Assembly: GCA_051294905.1 (NCBI GenBank)
Contig: CM119382.1
Location: 26,040,001 to 26,104,000 of the forward strand
DNA from: Botryllus schlosseri
Lineage: Eukaryota
Reading direction: 5' to 3'
DNA: 64,000 nt
Below, piece by piece: positions 47,489 through 60,635 of the stretch. The position numbers and the translations under genes were made by a program. The stretch's first letter is position 1. Each line of letters starts with the position of its first letter. Below the pieces are notes generated by a model that saw only the letters and a program-made list of their open reading frames with translations, had not been told where the DNA came from and made no database searches.

Positions 47489-47550
47489 TGGCCAGTACGG
47501 GGCTCGAACCCGCGACATTCGCGTTATTAGCACAACTGAGCTAACCGGCC
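47489..47550 (-). pseudogene. tRNA-Ile(AAT) pseudogene with 12-bp deletion
   Basis: TTAGCAC joined to AACTGAG; part of the D-arm and anticodon stem lost (62 nt). Confidence 0.9.
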
Positions 47551-48547
47551 CATATCTACTTCGACGGACCGTGGCGTCATAAACCAATAAATGACGTGGA
47601 AATTTCAAAAATGTTCCTTTTATTTGGTTTGAAGTGTTTGCAGTTTGTTGATGGAATGCCGGGAGATCGCTGTCACAGTACAATCTCGTTCGGACGTTCG
47701 GATCAACTTCGTTTACCACACGCCAAACTCTATCATGTCCAGAGGTTCGCATTGGAAAACTATCCTTAGTAGGTTCTACCCACGGGGTTCTTGAAGTATG
47801 GGTTGCGACTAGGGCTGAGCAACATCGAGTACCTGAGTGATTCGTTTCCGAATCACGTGATATGCTTCGAGTCGAGTATTCGAGTATCAATCATTATGAC
47901 GTCACAACAAAATTTGATATGTCAAAGTTCAAATGCCTGATATCCATCATATTAAAGATACCCTTGTATTTCTTCGGACGTACCAATTTCATTAAACTTT
48001 GTGACAATATTGTTGGTGGATGATGATTTCGGAAATGCTTTTCAAGAAACGGTCGTAACTTTGCACTATATGTTTCGTATGCTGCGATACGCCCAATACA
48101 GGTTTGAAATAAGAATCGAAACCATAATTCTCGTTGATAAAATTAAATTCAGTAGCGAGGAGCGTATGATTTCTTTTCTTTTCGGACGTCACTGGGTTGG
48201 ATGCAATAGCCAATAAGCGAGACTTGCAGAAAAGTAGTTACAACAATATGGCACGATCATGAACAAACGTCGACTTTATGTTGCGCAAATTTGTTTGAAT
48301 TCAAGATAAGATTTGTCCCACAATGGATTCTCTGGAAAACACTGTCGGAGACTGCTCGGATGATTTACTCTAGTATGACCATTAAGCGCACGAAAAACGT
48401 TGGTTCGTGTATGTCCCGGACAGCCCACCGTATTTTCACAAGGGATGTGCTAAGCATACACATTCTGATAATCGGCTGGTAAACTCAGCAGAGCATTATA
48501 AACCTGTTTAACTTGAGCACATCGATGAATATGTGACGGTCGGTCCA

Positions 48548-48620
48548 AGTTCCGTAGTGTAGCGGTTATCACGTCTGCTTCACACGCAGAAGGTCCTGGG
48601 TTCAAGCCCCAGCGGAACTA
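48548..48620 (+). tRNA. tRNA-Val-CAC: tRNA-Val(CAC)
   Basis: Intact cloverleaf. Confidence 0.93.
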
Positions 48621-49217
48621 TGTCTTCAATCTTTTCTATTTTATTCAGAACAATCGTCCATGCGTGAATTAAAGCTATACTCGGGATGAGCGTATATGCC
48701 GATTGGCAACATCTCGTTCTGCCATATTCTCAGAACCCAAAATAGGGACGATTTTTCTCGGCGTCAAGCTCGGTCGTTACGAGCAAGAAAGTTACAATGA
48801 CAGACGTAGAAACGGGAAGTTCAAACAGATTCTTCGGGTCGCGAGAGAGTCGACCTTGATTTTAATCAACACATCGTCAGTAGCTTGCTAGGTATTGACA
48901 TTTTTCGTCTTCGATGTCTGATCGCATAAAAATCTCGTTGAAAGCATTTGGCATGCGTTGTATGAATTTCGTATAAGTGCATCGTTTTCTGCATCCCGCA
49001 TGTAGCCTTTATGTCGGGAATTTTGCGTTAAGATTGGTAAACCAACACCGATATTGTGGCGCGTCCGTAGAACATTGGTTGCTGTATGCCTTGCATGCCA
49101 TACCACAATGCATTCTCCGTACATACATAATGAAACGATCCGATTGTGAACTAAACATAAAATACGTGTAAACCTGTGCAATCTGTATCCATCGATGAAA
49201 TGGCACGCGTACGGACG

Positions 49218-49290
49218 AGTTCCGTAGTGTAGTGGTTATCACGTCTGCTTAACACGCAGAAGGTCCTGGGTTCAAGCCCCAGCAGAACTA
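49218..49290 (+). tRNA. tRNA-Val-AAC: tRNA-Val(AAC), C6xA67
   Basis: Cloverleaf. Confidence 0.88.
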
Positions 49291-50047
49291 CTTTGACGCG
49301 TCTTCCTGTTCTATTTGGTAAAATCTCTGGATTATAATTTAAAGCTTTAAAACCAGGGATGTTCGTATACACCGTAGGAAAATTACTCCAGCATTCCTAA
49401 AACGATGGGAATATAATCCATTCCATTCGCATTTTAATTTAACGATTATTGATTAAATTAATTAGTTCGACACGCACTGGAAGTCACGGCAATCATATGT
49501 GCTACAAAAGATCGAAATATCGTCCTCCGTCCTCCACAATGGCTAGTGCACACTCTTGATAATTACCGTTCCAATCCGTATCGTTGGGGTCCAATCCTAA
49601 TCTCATATCTGAAATCTTTACGTGTTCCAATTTTAATCCTATTCTTATTTTTGGGCTTCCTGGAAAAGTTACAGGAGAACTGTATCGTGGGAAACGGGCC
49701 AGGCTTGCTGTACCGACATTTGTCGTCGTCGTGCTTGTTGGAATGAACTCTGACTCGATATGAAATGTACTTGCTTCAATTTCCAAGTTTCCCGAATTCA
49801 GTGATTTAATTCTAACCTAATCCGTAGAAAATTCCCATTCTAATGTAATTTGGAATATATGGAAGTTTGGTTCAACTCTGCTACTGCTATGCTGGAACGT
49901 GACGAAAAATTCCGATAAAATAGTACTTCTAATGGCCGGTAGGCTACCTACAATTATTTCCAAGTGCATGTTTTATAAAAAAAAAACGATATTATCGGTG
50001 AAGCGATAAGCGGTCTCGGGTCTCAAAAGAAATTCCGGCGTCAAAGC

Positions 50048-50064
50048 TGCCGCGACCCGGGATT

Positions 50065-50103
<39 letters not shown>

Positions 50104-50120
50104 GACTGAGCTATCGCGGC
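50048..50120 (-). tRNA. tRNA-Phe-GAA: tRNA-Phe(GAA)
   Basis: Intact cloverleaf. Confidence 0.94.
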
Positions 50121-50128
50121 GATTCAGG

Positions 50129-50202
50129 TGGCCAGTACGGGGCTCGAACCCGCGACATTCGCGTTATTAGCACGACGCTCTAACCAACTGAGCTAACCGG
50201 CC
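50129..50202 (-). tRNA. tRNA-Ile-AAT: tRNA-Ile(AAT)
   Basis: Intact cloverleaf. Confidence 0.94.
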
Positions 50203-51195
50203 CATATCTACCTCGACGGACCGTGGCGTCATAAACCAATAAATGATGTGGAAATTTCAAAAATGTTCCTTTTATTTGGTTTGAAGTGTTTGCAGTTTGT
50301 TGATGGAATGCCGGGAGATCGCTGTCACAGTACAATCTCGTTCGGACGTTCGGATCAACTTCGTTTACCATACGCCAAACTCTATCATATAATTTCGCAT
50401 TGGAAAAGTATCCTTAGTAGGTTCTACCCACGGGGTTCTTGAAGTATGGGTTGCGACTAGGGCTGAGCAACATCGAGTACCTGAGTGATTCGATTCCGAA
50501 TCACGTGATATGCTTCGAGTCGAGTATTCGAGTATCAATCATTATGACGTCACAACAAAATTTGATATGTCAAAGTTCAAATGCCTGATATCCATCATAT
50601 TAAAGATACCCTTGTATTTCTTCGGCCGTACCAATTTCATTAAACTTTGTGACAATATTGTTGGTGGATGATGATTTCGGAAATGCTTTTCAAGAAACGG
50701 TCGTAACTTTGCACTATATGTTTCGTACGCTGCGATACGCCCAATAAAGGTTTGAAATAAGAATCGAAACCATAATTCTCGTTGATAAAATTAAATTCAG
50801 TAGCGAGGAGCGTATGATTTCTTTTCTTTTCGGACGTCACTGGGTTGGATGCAATAGCCAATAAGCGAGACTTGCAGAAAAGTAGTTACAACAATATGGC
50901 ACGATCATGAACAAACGTCGACTTTATTTTGCGCAAATTTGTTTGAATTCAAGATAAGATTTGTCCCACAATGGATTCTCTGGAAAACACTGTCGGAGAC
51001 TGCTCGGATGATTTACTCTAGTATGACCATTAAGCGCACGAAAAACGTTGGTTCGTGTATGTCCCGGACAGCCCACCGTATTTTCACAAGAGATGTGCTA
51101 AGCATACACATTCTGATAATCGGCTGGTAAATTCAGCATAGCATTATAAACCTGTTTAACTTGAGCACATCGATGAATATGTGACGGTCGGTCCA

Positions 51196-51268
51196 AGTTC
51201 CGTAGTGTAGCGGTTATCACGTCTGCTTCACTCGCAGAAGGTCCTGGGTTCAAGCCCCAGCGGAACTA
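51196..51268 (+). tRNA. tRNA-Val-CAC: tRNA-Val(CAC), A37T
   Basis: Loop TTCACTC. Confidence 0.82.
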
Positions 51269-51865
51269 TGTCTTCAATCTTTTCTATTTTATTCAGAACA
51301 ATCGTCCATGCGTGAATTAAAGCTATACTCGGGATGAGCGTATATGCCGATTGGCAACATCTCGTTCTGCCATATTCTCAGAACCCAAAATAGGGACGAT
51401 TTTTCTCGGCGTCAAACTCGGTCGTTACGAGCAAGAAAGTTACAATGACAGACGTAGAAACGGGAAGTTCAAACAGATTCTTCGGGTCGCGAGAGAGTCG
51501 ACCTTGATTTTAATCAACACATCGTCAGTAGCTTGCTAGGTATTGACATTTTTCGTCTTCGATGTCTGATCGCATAAAAATCTTGTTGAAAGCATTTGGC
51601 ATGCGTTGTATGAATTTCGTATTAGTGCATCGTTTTCTACATCCCGCATGTAGCCTTTATGTCGGGAATTTTGCGTTAAGATTGGTAAACCAACACCGAT
51701 ATTGTGGCGCGTCCGTAGAACATTGGTCGCTGTATGCCTTGCATGCCATACCACAATGCATTCGCCGTACATACATAATGAAACGATCCGTTTGTGAACT
51801 AAACATAAAATACGTGTAAACCTGTGCAATCTGTAACCATCGATGAAATGGCACGCGTACGGACG

Positions 51866-51938
51866 AGTTCCGTAGTGTAGCGGTTATCACGTCTGCTTCA
51901 CACGCAGAAGGTCCTGGGTTCAAGCCCCAGCGGAACTA
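51866..51938 (+). tRNA. tRNA-Val-CAC: tRNA-Val(CAC), chimeric (AAC-type 5' flank)
   Basis: Same structure as 23696. Confidence 0.92.
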
Positions 51939-52605
51939 TGTCTTCTATCTTTTCTATTTTATTCAGAACAATCGTCCATGCGTGAATTAAAGCTATACTC
52001 GGGATGAGCGTATATGCCGATTGGCAACATCTCGTTATTCCCCTCTTACTCTCAAGCGTTCTTAATAATGATCTGTGAACACACGGGCAATTGAGCTTGC
52101 GGAGGCCTGCCATATTCTCAGAACCCAAAATAGGGACGATTTTTCTCGGCGTCAAGCTCGGTCGTTACGAGCAAGAAAGTTACAATAGCAGACGTAGAAA
52201 CGGGAAGTTCAAACAGATTCTTCGGGTCGCGAGAGAGTCGACCTTGATTTTAATCAACACATCGTCAGTAGCTTGCTAGGTATTGACATTTTTCGTCTTC
52301 GATGTCTGATCGCATAAAAATCTCGTTGAAAGCATTTGGCATGCGTTGTATGAATTTCGTATTAGTGCATCGTTTTCTACATCCCGCATGTAGCCTTTAT
52401 GTCGGGAATTTTGCGTTAAGATTGGTAAACCAACACCGATATTGTGGTGCGTCCGTAGAACATTGGTCGCTGTATGCCTTGCATGCCATACCACAATGCA
52501 TTCGCCGTACATACATAATGAAATGATCCGTTTGTGAACTAAACATAAAATACGTGTAAACCTGTGCAATCTGTATCCATCGATGAAATGGCACGCGTAC
52601 GGACG

Positions 52606-52678
52606 AGTTCCGTAGTGTAGTGGTTATCACGTCTGCTTAACACGCAGAAGGTCCTGAGTTCAAGCCCCAGCAGAACTA
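52606..52678 (+). tRNA. tRNA-Val-AAC: tRNA-Val(AAC), G52A + C6xA67
   Basis: CTGAG in the T-stem. Confidence 0.75.
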
Positions 52679-53435
52679 CTTTGACGCGTCTTCCTGTTCT
52701 ATTTGGTAAAATCTCTGGATTATAAATTAAAGCTTTAAAACCAGGGATGTTCGTATACACCGTAGGAAAATTACTCCAGCATTCCTAAAACGATGGGAAT
52801 ATAATCCATTCCATTCGCATTTTAATTTAACGATTATTGATTGAATTAATTAGTTCGACACGCACTGGAAGTCACGGCAATCATATGTGCTACAAAAGAT
52901 CGAAATATCGTCCTCCGTCCTCCACAATGGCTAGTGCACACTCTTGATAATTAACGTTCCAATCCGTATCGTTGGGGTCCAATCCTAATCTCATATCTGA
53001 AATCTTTACGTGTTCCAATTTTAATCCTATTCTCATTTTTGGGCTTCCTGGAAAAGTTACAGGAGAACTGTATCGTGGGAAACGGGCCAGGCTTGCTGTA
53101 CCGACATTTGTCGTCGTCGTGCTTGTTGGAATGAACTCTGACTCGATATGAAATGTACTTGCTTCAATTTCCAAGTTTCCCGAATTCAGTGATTTAATTC
53201 TAACCTAATCCGTAGAAAATTCCCATTCTAATGTAATTTGGAATATATGGAAGTTTGGTTCAACTCTGCTACTGCTATGCTGGAACGTGACGAAAAATTC
53301 CGATAAAATAGTACTTCTAATGGCCGGTAGGCTACCTACAATTATTTCCAAGTGCATGTTTTATAAAAAAAAAACGATATTATCGGTGAAGCGATAAGCG
53401 GTCTCGGGTCTCAAAAGAAATTCCGGCGTCAAAGC

Positions 53436-53456
53436 TGCCGCGACCCGGGATTGAAT

Positions 53457-53491
<35 letters not shown>

Positions 53492-53508
53492 GACTGAGCT
53501 ATCGCGGC
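53436..53508 (-). tRNA. tRNA-Phe-GAA: tRNA-Phe(GAA), G53A B-box variant
   Basis: CCTGATTCAATC. Confidence 0.75.
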
Positions 53509-53516
53509 GATTCAGG

Positions 53517-53590
53517 TGGCCAGTACGGGGCTCGAACCCGCGACATTCGCGTTATTAGCACGACGCTCTAACCAACTGAGCTAACCGGCC
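53517..53590 (-). tRNA. tRNA-Ile-AAT: tRNA-Ile(AAT)
   Basis: Intact cloverleaf. Confidence 0.94.
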
Positions 53591-54587
53591 CATATCTACC
53601 TCGACGGACCGTGGCGTCATAAACCAATAAATGACGTGGAAATTTCAAAAATGTTCCTTTTATTTGGTTTGAAGTGTTTGCAGTTTGTTGATGGAATGCC
53701 GGGAGATCGCTGTCACAGTACAATCTCGTTCGGACGTTCGGATCAACTTCGTTTACCATACGCCAAACTCTATCATGTCCAGAGGTTCGCATTGGAAAAC
53801 TATCCTTAGTAGGTTCTACCCACGGGGTTCTTGAAGTATGGGTTGCGACTAGGGCTGAGCAACATCGAGTACCTGGGTGATTCGATTCCGAATCACGTGA
53901 TATGCTTCGAGTCGAGTATTCGAGTATCAATCATTATGACGTCACAACAAAATTTGATATGTCAAAGTTCAAATGCCTGATATCCATCATATTAAAGATA
54001 CCCTTGTATTTCTTCGGCCGTACCAATTTCATTAAACTTTGTGACAATATTGTTGGTGGATGATGATTTCGGAAATGCTTTTCAAGAAACGGTCGTAACT
54101 TTGCACTATATGTTTCGTACGCTGCGATACGCCCAATAAAGGTTTGAAATAAGAATCGAAACCATAATTCTCGTTGATAAAATTAAATTCAGTAGCGAGG
54201 AGCGTATGATTTCTTTTCTTTTCGGACGTCACTGGGTTGGATGCAATAGCCAATAAGCGAGACTTGCAGAAAAGTAGTTACAACAATATGGCACGATCAT
54301 GAACAAACGTCGACTTTATGTTGCGCAAATTTGTTTGAATTCAAGATAAGATTTGTCCCACAATGGATTCTCTGGAAAACACTGTCGGAGACTGCTGGGA
54401 TGATTTACTCTAGTATGACCATTAAGCGCACGAAAAACGTTGGTTTGTGTATGTCCCGGACAGCCCCCCGTATTTTCACAAGGGATGTGCTAAGCATACA
54501 CATTCTGATAATCGGCTGGTAAATTCAGCAGAGCATTATAAACCTGTTTAACTTGAGCACATCGATGAATATGTGACGGTCGGTCCA

Positions 54588-54660
54588 AGATCCGTAGTGT
54601 AGCGGTTATCACGTCTGCTTCACACGCAGAAGGTCCTGGGTTCAAGCGCCAGCGGAACTA
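54588..54660 (+). tRNA. tRNA-Val-CAC: tRNA-Val(CAC), T3A + C61G
   Basis: Same variant as 26418. Confidence 0.7.
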
Positions 54661-55257
54661 TGTCTTCTATCTTTTCTATTTTATTCAGAACAATCGTCCA
54701 TGCGTGAATTGAAGCTATACTCGGAATGAGCGTATATGCCGATTGGCAACATCTCGTTCTGCCATATTCTCAGAACCCAAAATAGGGACGATTTTTCTCG
54801 GCGTCAAGCTCGGTCGTTACGAGCAAGAAAGTTACAATAGCAGACGTAGAAACGGGAAGTTCAAACAGATTCTTCGGGTCGCGAGAGAGTCGACCTTGAT
54901 TTTAATCAACACATCGCCAGTAGCTTGCTAGGTATTGACATTTTTCGTCTTCGATGTCTGATCGCATAAAAATCTCGTTGAAAGCATTTCGCATGCGTTG
55001 TATGAATTTCGTATTAGTGCATCGTTTTCTACATCCCGCATGTAGCCTTTATGTCGGGAATTTTGCGTTAAGATTGGTAAACCAACACCGATATTGTGGC
55101 GCGTCCGTAGAACATTGGTCGCTGTATGCCTTGCATGCCATACCACAATGCATTCGCCGTACATACATAATGAAACGATCCGTTTGTGAACTAAACATAA
55201 AATACGTGTAAACCTGTGCAATCTGTATCCATCGATGAAATGGCACGCGTACGGACG

Positions 55258-55330
55258 AGTTCCGCAGTGTAGTGGTTATCACGTCTGCTTAACACGCAGA
55301 AGGTCCTGGGTTCAAGCCCCAGCGGGACTA
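55258..55330 (+). tRNA. tRNA-Val-AAC: tRNA-Val(AAC), T8C + A69G, CAC-type 3' flank
   Basis: Same variant as 27088. Confidence 0.75.
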
Positions 55331-55927
55331 TCTCTTCAATCTTTTCTATTTTATTCAGAACAATCGTCCATGCGTGAATTAAAGCTATACTCGGGATGAG
55401 CGTATATGCCGATTGGCAACATCTCGTTCTGCCATATTCTCAGAACCCAAAATAGGGACGATTTTTCTCGGCGTCAAGCTCGGTCGTTACGAGCAAGAAA
55501 GTTACAATGACAGACGTAGAAACGGGAAGTTCAAACAGATTCTTCGGGTCGCGAGAGAGTCGACCTTGATTTTAATCAACACATCGTCAGTAGCTTGCTA
55601 GGTATTGACATTTTTCGTCTTCGATGTCTGATCGCATGAAAATCTCGTTGAAAGCATTTGGCATGCGTTGTATGAATTTCGTATAAGTGCATCGTTTTCT
55701 ACATCCCGCATGTAGCCTTTATGTCGGGAATTTTGCGTTAAGATTGGTGAACCAACACCGATATTGTGGCGCGTCCGTAGAACATTGGTCGCTGTATGCC
55801 TTGCATGCCATACCACAATGCATTCGCCGTACGTACATAATGAAACGATCCGTTTGTGAACTAAACATAAAATACGTGTAAACCTGTGCAATCTGTATCC
55901 ATCGATGAAATGGCACGCGTACGGACG

Positions 55928-56000
55928 AGTTCCGTAGTGTAGTGGTTATCACGTCTGCTTAACACGCAGAAGGTCCTGGGTTCAAGCCCCGGCGGAGCTA
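55928..56000 (+). tRNA. tRNA-Val-AAC: tRNA-Val(AAC), A64G + A70G
   Basis: Same variant as 27758. Confidence 0.87.
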
Positions 56001-56757
56001 CTTTGACGCGTCTTCCTGTTCTATTTGGTAAAATCTCTGGATTATATATTAAAGCTTTAAAACCAGGGATGTTCGTATACACCGTAGGAAAATTACTCCA
56101 GCATTCCTAAAACGATGGGAATATAATCCATTCCATTCGCATTTTAATTTAACGATTATTGATTAAATTAATTTGTTCGACACGCACTGGAAGTCACGGC
56201 AATCATATGTGCTACAAAAGATCGAAATATCGTCCTCCGTCATCCACAATGGCTAGTGCACACTCTTGATAATTGACGTTCCAATCCGTATCGTTGGGGT
56301 CCAATCCTAATCTCATATCTGAAATCTTTACGTGTTCCAATTTTAATCCTATTCTCATTTTTGGGCTTCCTGGAAAAGTTACAGGAGAACTGTATCGTGG
56401 GAAACGGGCCAGGCTTGCTGTACCGACATTTGTCGTCGTCGTGCTTGTTGGAATGAACTCTGACTCGATATGAAATGTACTTGCTTCAATTTCCAAGTTT
56501 CCCGAATTCAGTGATTTAATTCTTACCTAATCCGTAGAAAATTCCCATTCTAATGTAATTTGGAATATATGGAAGTTTGGTTCAACTCTGCTACTGCTAT
56601 GCTGGAACGTGACGAAAAATTACGATAAAATAGTACTTCTAATGGCCGGTAGGCTACCTACAATTATTTCCAAGTGCATGTTTTATAAAAAATCTCCGAT
56701 ATTATCGGTGAAGCGATAAGCGGTCTCGGGTCTCAAAAGAAATTCCGGCGTCAAAGC

Positions 56758-56774
56758 TGCCGCGACCCGGGATT

Positions 56775-56813
<39 letters not shown>

Positions 56814-56830
56814 GACTGAGCTATCGCGGC
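56758..56830 (-). tRNA. tRNA-Phe-GAA: tRNA-Phe(GAA)
   Basis: Intact cloverleaf. Confidence 0.94.
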
Positions 56831-56838
56831 GATTCAGG

Positions 56839-56912
56839 TGGCCAGTACGGGGCTCGAACCCGCGACATTCGCGTTATTAGCACGACGCTCTAACCAACTG
56901 AGCTAACCGGCC
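56839..56912 (-). tRNA. tRNA-Ile-AAT: tRNA-Ile(AAT)
   Basis: Intact cloverleaf. Confidence 0.94.
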
Positions 56913-57909
56913 CATATCTACTTCGACGGACCGTGGCGTCATAAACCAATAAATGACGTGGAAATTTCAAAAATGTTCCTTTTATTTGGTTTGAAGTGTT
57001 TGCAGTTTGTTGATGGAATGCCGGGAGATCGCTGTCACAGTACAATCTCGTTCGGACGTTCGGATCAACTTCGTTTACCATACGCCAAACTCTATCATGT
57101 CCAGAGGTTCGCATTGGAAAACTATCCTTAGTAGGTTCTACCCACGGGGTTCTTGAAGTATGGGTTGCGACTACGGCTGAGCAACATCGAGTACCTGAGT
57201 GATTCGATTCCGAATCACGTGATATGCTTCGAGTCGAGTATTCGAGTATCAATCATTATGACGTCACAACAAAATTTGATATGTCAAAGTTCAAATGCCT
57301 GATATCCATCATATTAAAGATACCCTGGTATTTCTTCGACCGTACCAATTTCATTAAACTTTGTGACAATATTGTTGGTGGATGATGATTTCGGAAATGC
57401 TTTTCAAGAAACGGTCGTAACTTTGCACTACATGTTTCGTACGTTGCGATACGCCCAATAAAGGTTTGAAATAAGAATCGAAACCATGATTCTCGTTGAT
57501 AAAATTAAATTCAGTAGCGAGGAGCGTATGATTTCTTTTCTTTTCGGACGTCACTGGGTTGGATGCAATAGCCAATAAGCGAGACATGCAGAAAAGTAGT
57601 TACAACAATATGGCACGATCATGAACAAACGTCGACTTTATGTTGCGCAAATTTGTTTGAATTCAAGATAAGATTTGTCCCACGATGGATTCTCTGGAAA
57701 ACACTGTCGGAGACTGCTCGGATGATTTACTCTAGTATGACCGTTAAGCGCACGAAAAACGTTGGTTCGTGTATGTCCCGGAAAGCCCACCGTATTTTCA
57801 CAAGGGATGTGCTAAGCATACACATTCTGATAATCGGCTGGTAAACTCAGCAGAGCATTATAAACCTGTTTAACTTGAGCACATCGATGAATATGTGACG
57901 GTCGGTCCA

Positions 57910-57982
57910 AGTTCCGTAGTGTAGTGGTTATCACGTCTGCTTAACACGCAGAAGGTCCTGGGTTCAAGCCCCAGCGGAACTA
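57910..57982 (+). tRNA. tRNA-Val-AAC: tRNA-Val(AAC), chimeric, short unit
   Basis: CAC-type 5' flank; intact cloverleaf. Confidence 0.93.
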
Positions 57983-58740
57983 CTTTGACGCGTCTTCCTG
58001 TTCTATTTGGTAAAATCTCTGGATTATATATTAAAGCTTTAAAACCAGGGATGTTCGTATACACCGTAGGAAAATTACTCCAGCATTCCTAAAACGATGG
58101 GAATATAATCCATTCCATTCGCATTTTAATTTAACGATTATTGATTAAATTAATTAGTTCGACACGCACTGGAAGTCACGGCAATCATATGTGCTACAAA
58201 AGATCGAAATATCGTCCTCTGTCCTCCACAATGGCTAGTGCACACTCTTGATAATTGACGTTCCAATCCGTATCGTTGGGGTCCAATCCTAATCTCATAT
58301 CTGAAATCTTTACGTGTTCCAATTTTAATCCTATTCTCATTTTTGGGCTTCCTGGAAAAGTTACAGGAGAACTGTATCGTGGGAAACGGGCCAGGCTTGC
58401 TGTACCGACATTTGTCGTCGTCGTGCTTGTTGGAATGAACTCTGACTCGATATGAAATGTACTTGCTTCAATTTCCAAGTTTCCCGAATTCAGTGATTTA
58501 ATTCTTACCTAATCCGTAGAAAATTCCCATTCTAATGTAATTTGGAATATATGGAAGTTTGGTTCAACTCTGCTACTGCTATGCTGGAACGTGACGAAAT
58601 ATTCCGATAAAATAGTACTTCTAATGGCCGGTAGGCTACCTACAATTATTTCCAAGTGCATGTTTTATAAAAAAAACTCCGATATTATCGGTGAAGCGAT
58701 AAGCGGTCTCGGGTCTCAAAAGAAATTCCGGCGTCAAAGC

Positions 58741-58764
58741 TGCCGCGACCCGGGATTGAACCAC

Positions 58765-58796
<32 letters not shown>

Positions 58797-58813
58797 GACT
58801 GAGCTATCGCGGC
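58741..58813 (-). tRNA. tRNA-Phe-GAA: tRNA-Phe(GAA), C50G
   Basis: T-stem mismatch. Confidence 0.8.
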
Positions 58814-58821
58814 GATTGAGG

Positions 58822-58895
58822 TGGCCAGTACGGGGCTCGAACCCGCGACATTCGCGTTATTAGCACGACGCTCTAACCAACTGAGCTAACCGGCC
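58822..58895 (-). tRNA. tRNA-Ile-AAT: tRNA-Ile(AAT)
   Basis: Intact cloverleaf. Confidence 0.94.
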
Positions 58896-59892
58896 CATAT
58901 CTACTTCGACGGACCGTGGCGTCATAAACCAATAAATGACGTGGAAATTTCAAAAATGTTCCTTTTATTTGGTTTGAAGTGTTTGCAGTTTGTTGATGGA
59001 ATGCCGGGAGATCGCTGTCACAGTACAATCTCGTTCGGACGTTCGGATCAACTTCGTTTACCATACGCCAAACTCTATCATGTCCAGAGGTTCGCATTGG
59101 AAAACTATCCTTAGTAGGTTCTACCCACGGGGTTCTTGAAGTATGGGTTGCGACTAGGGCTGAGCAACATCGAGTACCTGAGTGATTCGATTCCGAATCA
59201 CGTGATATGCTTCGAGTCGAGTATTCGAGTATCAATCATTATGACGTCACAACAAAATTTGATATGTCAAAGTTCAAATGCCTGATATCGATCATATTAA
59301 AGATACCCTTGTACTTCTTCGGCCGTACCAATTTCATTAAACTTTGTGACAATATTGTTGGTGGATGATGATTTCGGAAATGCTTTTCAAGAAACGGTCG
59401 TAACTTTGCACTATATGTTTCGTACGCTGCGATACGCCCAATAAAGGTTTGAAATAAGAATCGAAACCATAATTCTCGTTGATAAAATTAAATTCAGTAG
59501 CGAGGAGCGTAGGATTTCTTTTCTTTTCGGACGTCACTGGGTTGGATGCAATAGCCAATAAGCGAGACTGGCAGAAAAGTAGTTACAACAATATGGCACG
59601 ATCATGAACAAACGTCGACTTTATGTTGCGCAAATTTGTTTGAATTCAAGATAAGATTTGTCCCACGATGGATTCTCTGGAAAACACTGTCGGAGACTGC
59701 TCGGATGATTTACTCTAGTATGACCATTAAGCGCACGAAAAACGTTGGTTCGTGTATGTCCCGGACAGCCCACCGTATTTTCAAAAGGGATGTGCTAAGC
59801 ATACACATTCTGATAATCGGCTGGTAAATTCAGCAGAGCATTATAAACCTGTTTAACTTGAGCACATCGATGAATATGTGACGGTCGGTCCA

Positions 59893-59965
59893 AGTTCCGT
59901 AGTGTAGCGGTTATCACGTCTGCTTCACACGCAGAAGGTCCTGGGTTCAAGCGCCAGCGGAACTA
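59893..59965 (+). tRNA. tRNA-Val-CAC: tRNA-Val(CAC), C61G only (recombinant)
   Basis: Normal T3 but C61G as in 54588. Confidence 0.78.
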
Positions 59966-60562
59966 TGTCTTCTATCTTTTCTATTTTATTCAGAACAATC
60001 GTCCATGCGTGAATTGAAGCTATACTCGGAATGAGCGTATATGCCGATTGGCAACATCTCGTTCTGCCATATTCTCAGAACCCAAAATAGGGACGATTTT
60101 TCTCGGCGTCAAGCTCGGTCGTTACGAGCAAGAAAGTTACAATAGCAGACGTAGAAACGGGAAGTTCAAACAGATTCTTCGGGTCGCGAGAGAGTCGACC
60201 TTGATTTTAATCAACACATCGCCAGTAGCTTGCTAGGTATTGACATTTTTCGTCTTCGATGTCTGATCGCATAAAAATCTCGTTGAAAGCATTTCGCATG
60301 CGTTGTATGAATTTCGTATTAGTGCATCGTTTTCTACATCCCGCATGTAGCCTTTATGTCGGGAATTTTGCGTTAAGATTGGTAAACCAACACCGATATT
60401 GTGGCGCGTCCGTAGAACATTGGTCGCTGTATGCCTTGCATGCCATACCACAATGCATTCGCCGTACATACATAATGAAACGATCCGTTTGTGAACTAAA
60501 CATAAAATACGTGTAAACCTGTGCAATCTGTATCCATCGATGAAATGGCACGCGTACGGACG

Positions 60563-60635
60563 AGTTCCGCAGTGTAGTGGTTATCACGTCTGCTTAACAC
60601 GCAGAAGGTCCTGGGTTCAAGCCCCAGCGGGACTA
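60563..60635 (+). tRNA. tRNA-Val-AAC: tRNA-Val(AAC), T8C + A69G, CAC-type 3' flank
   Basis: Same variant as 27088. Confidence 0.75.
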
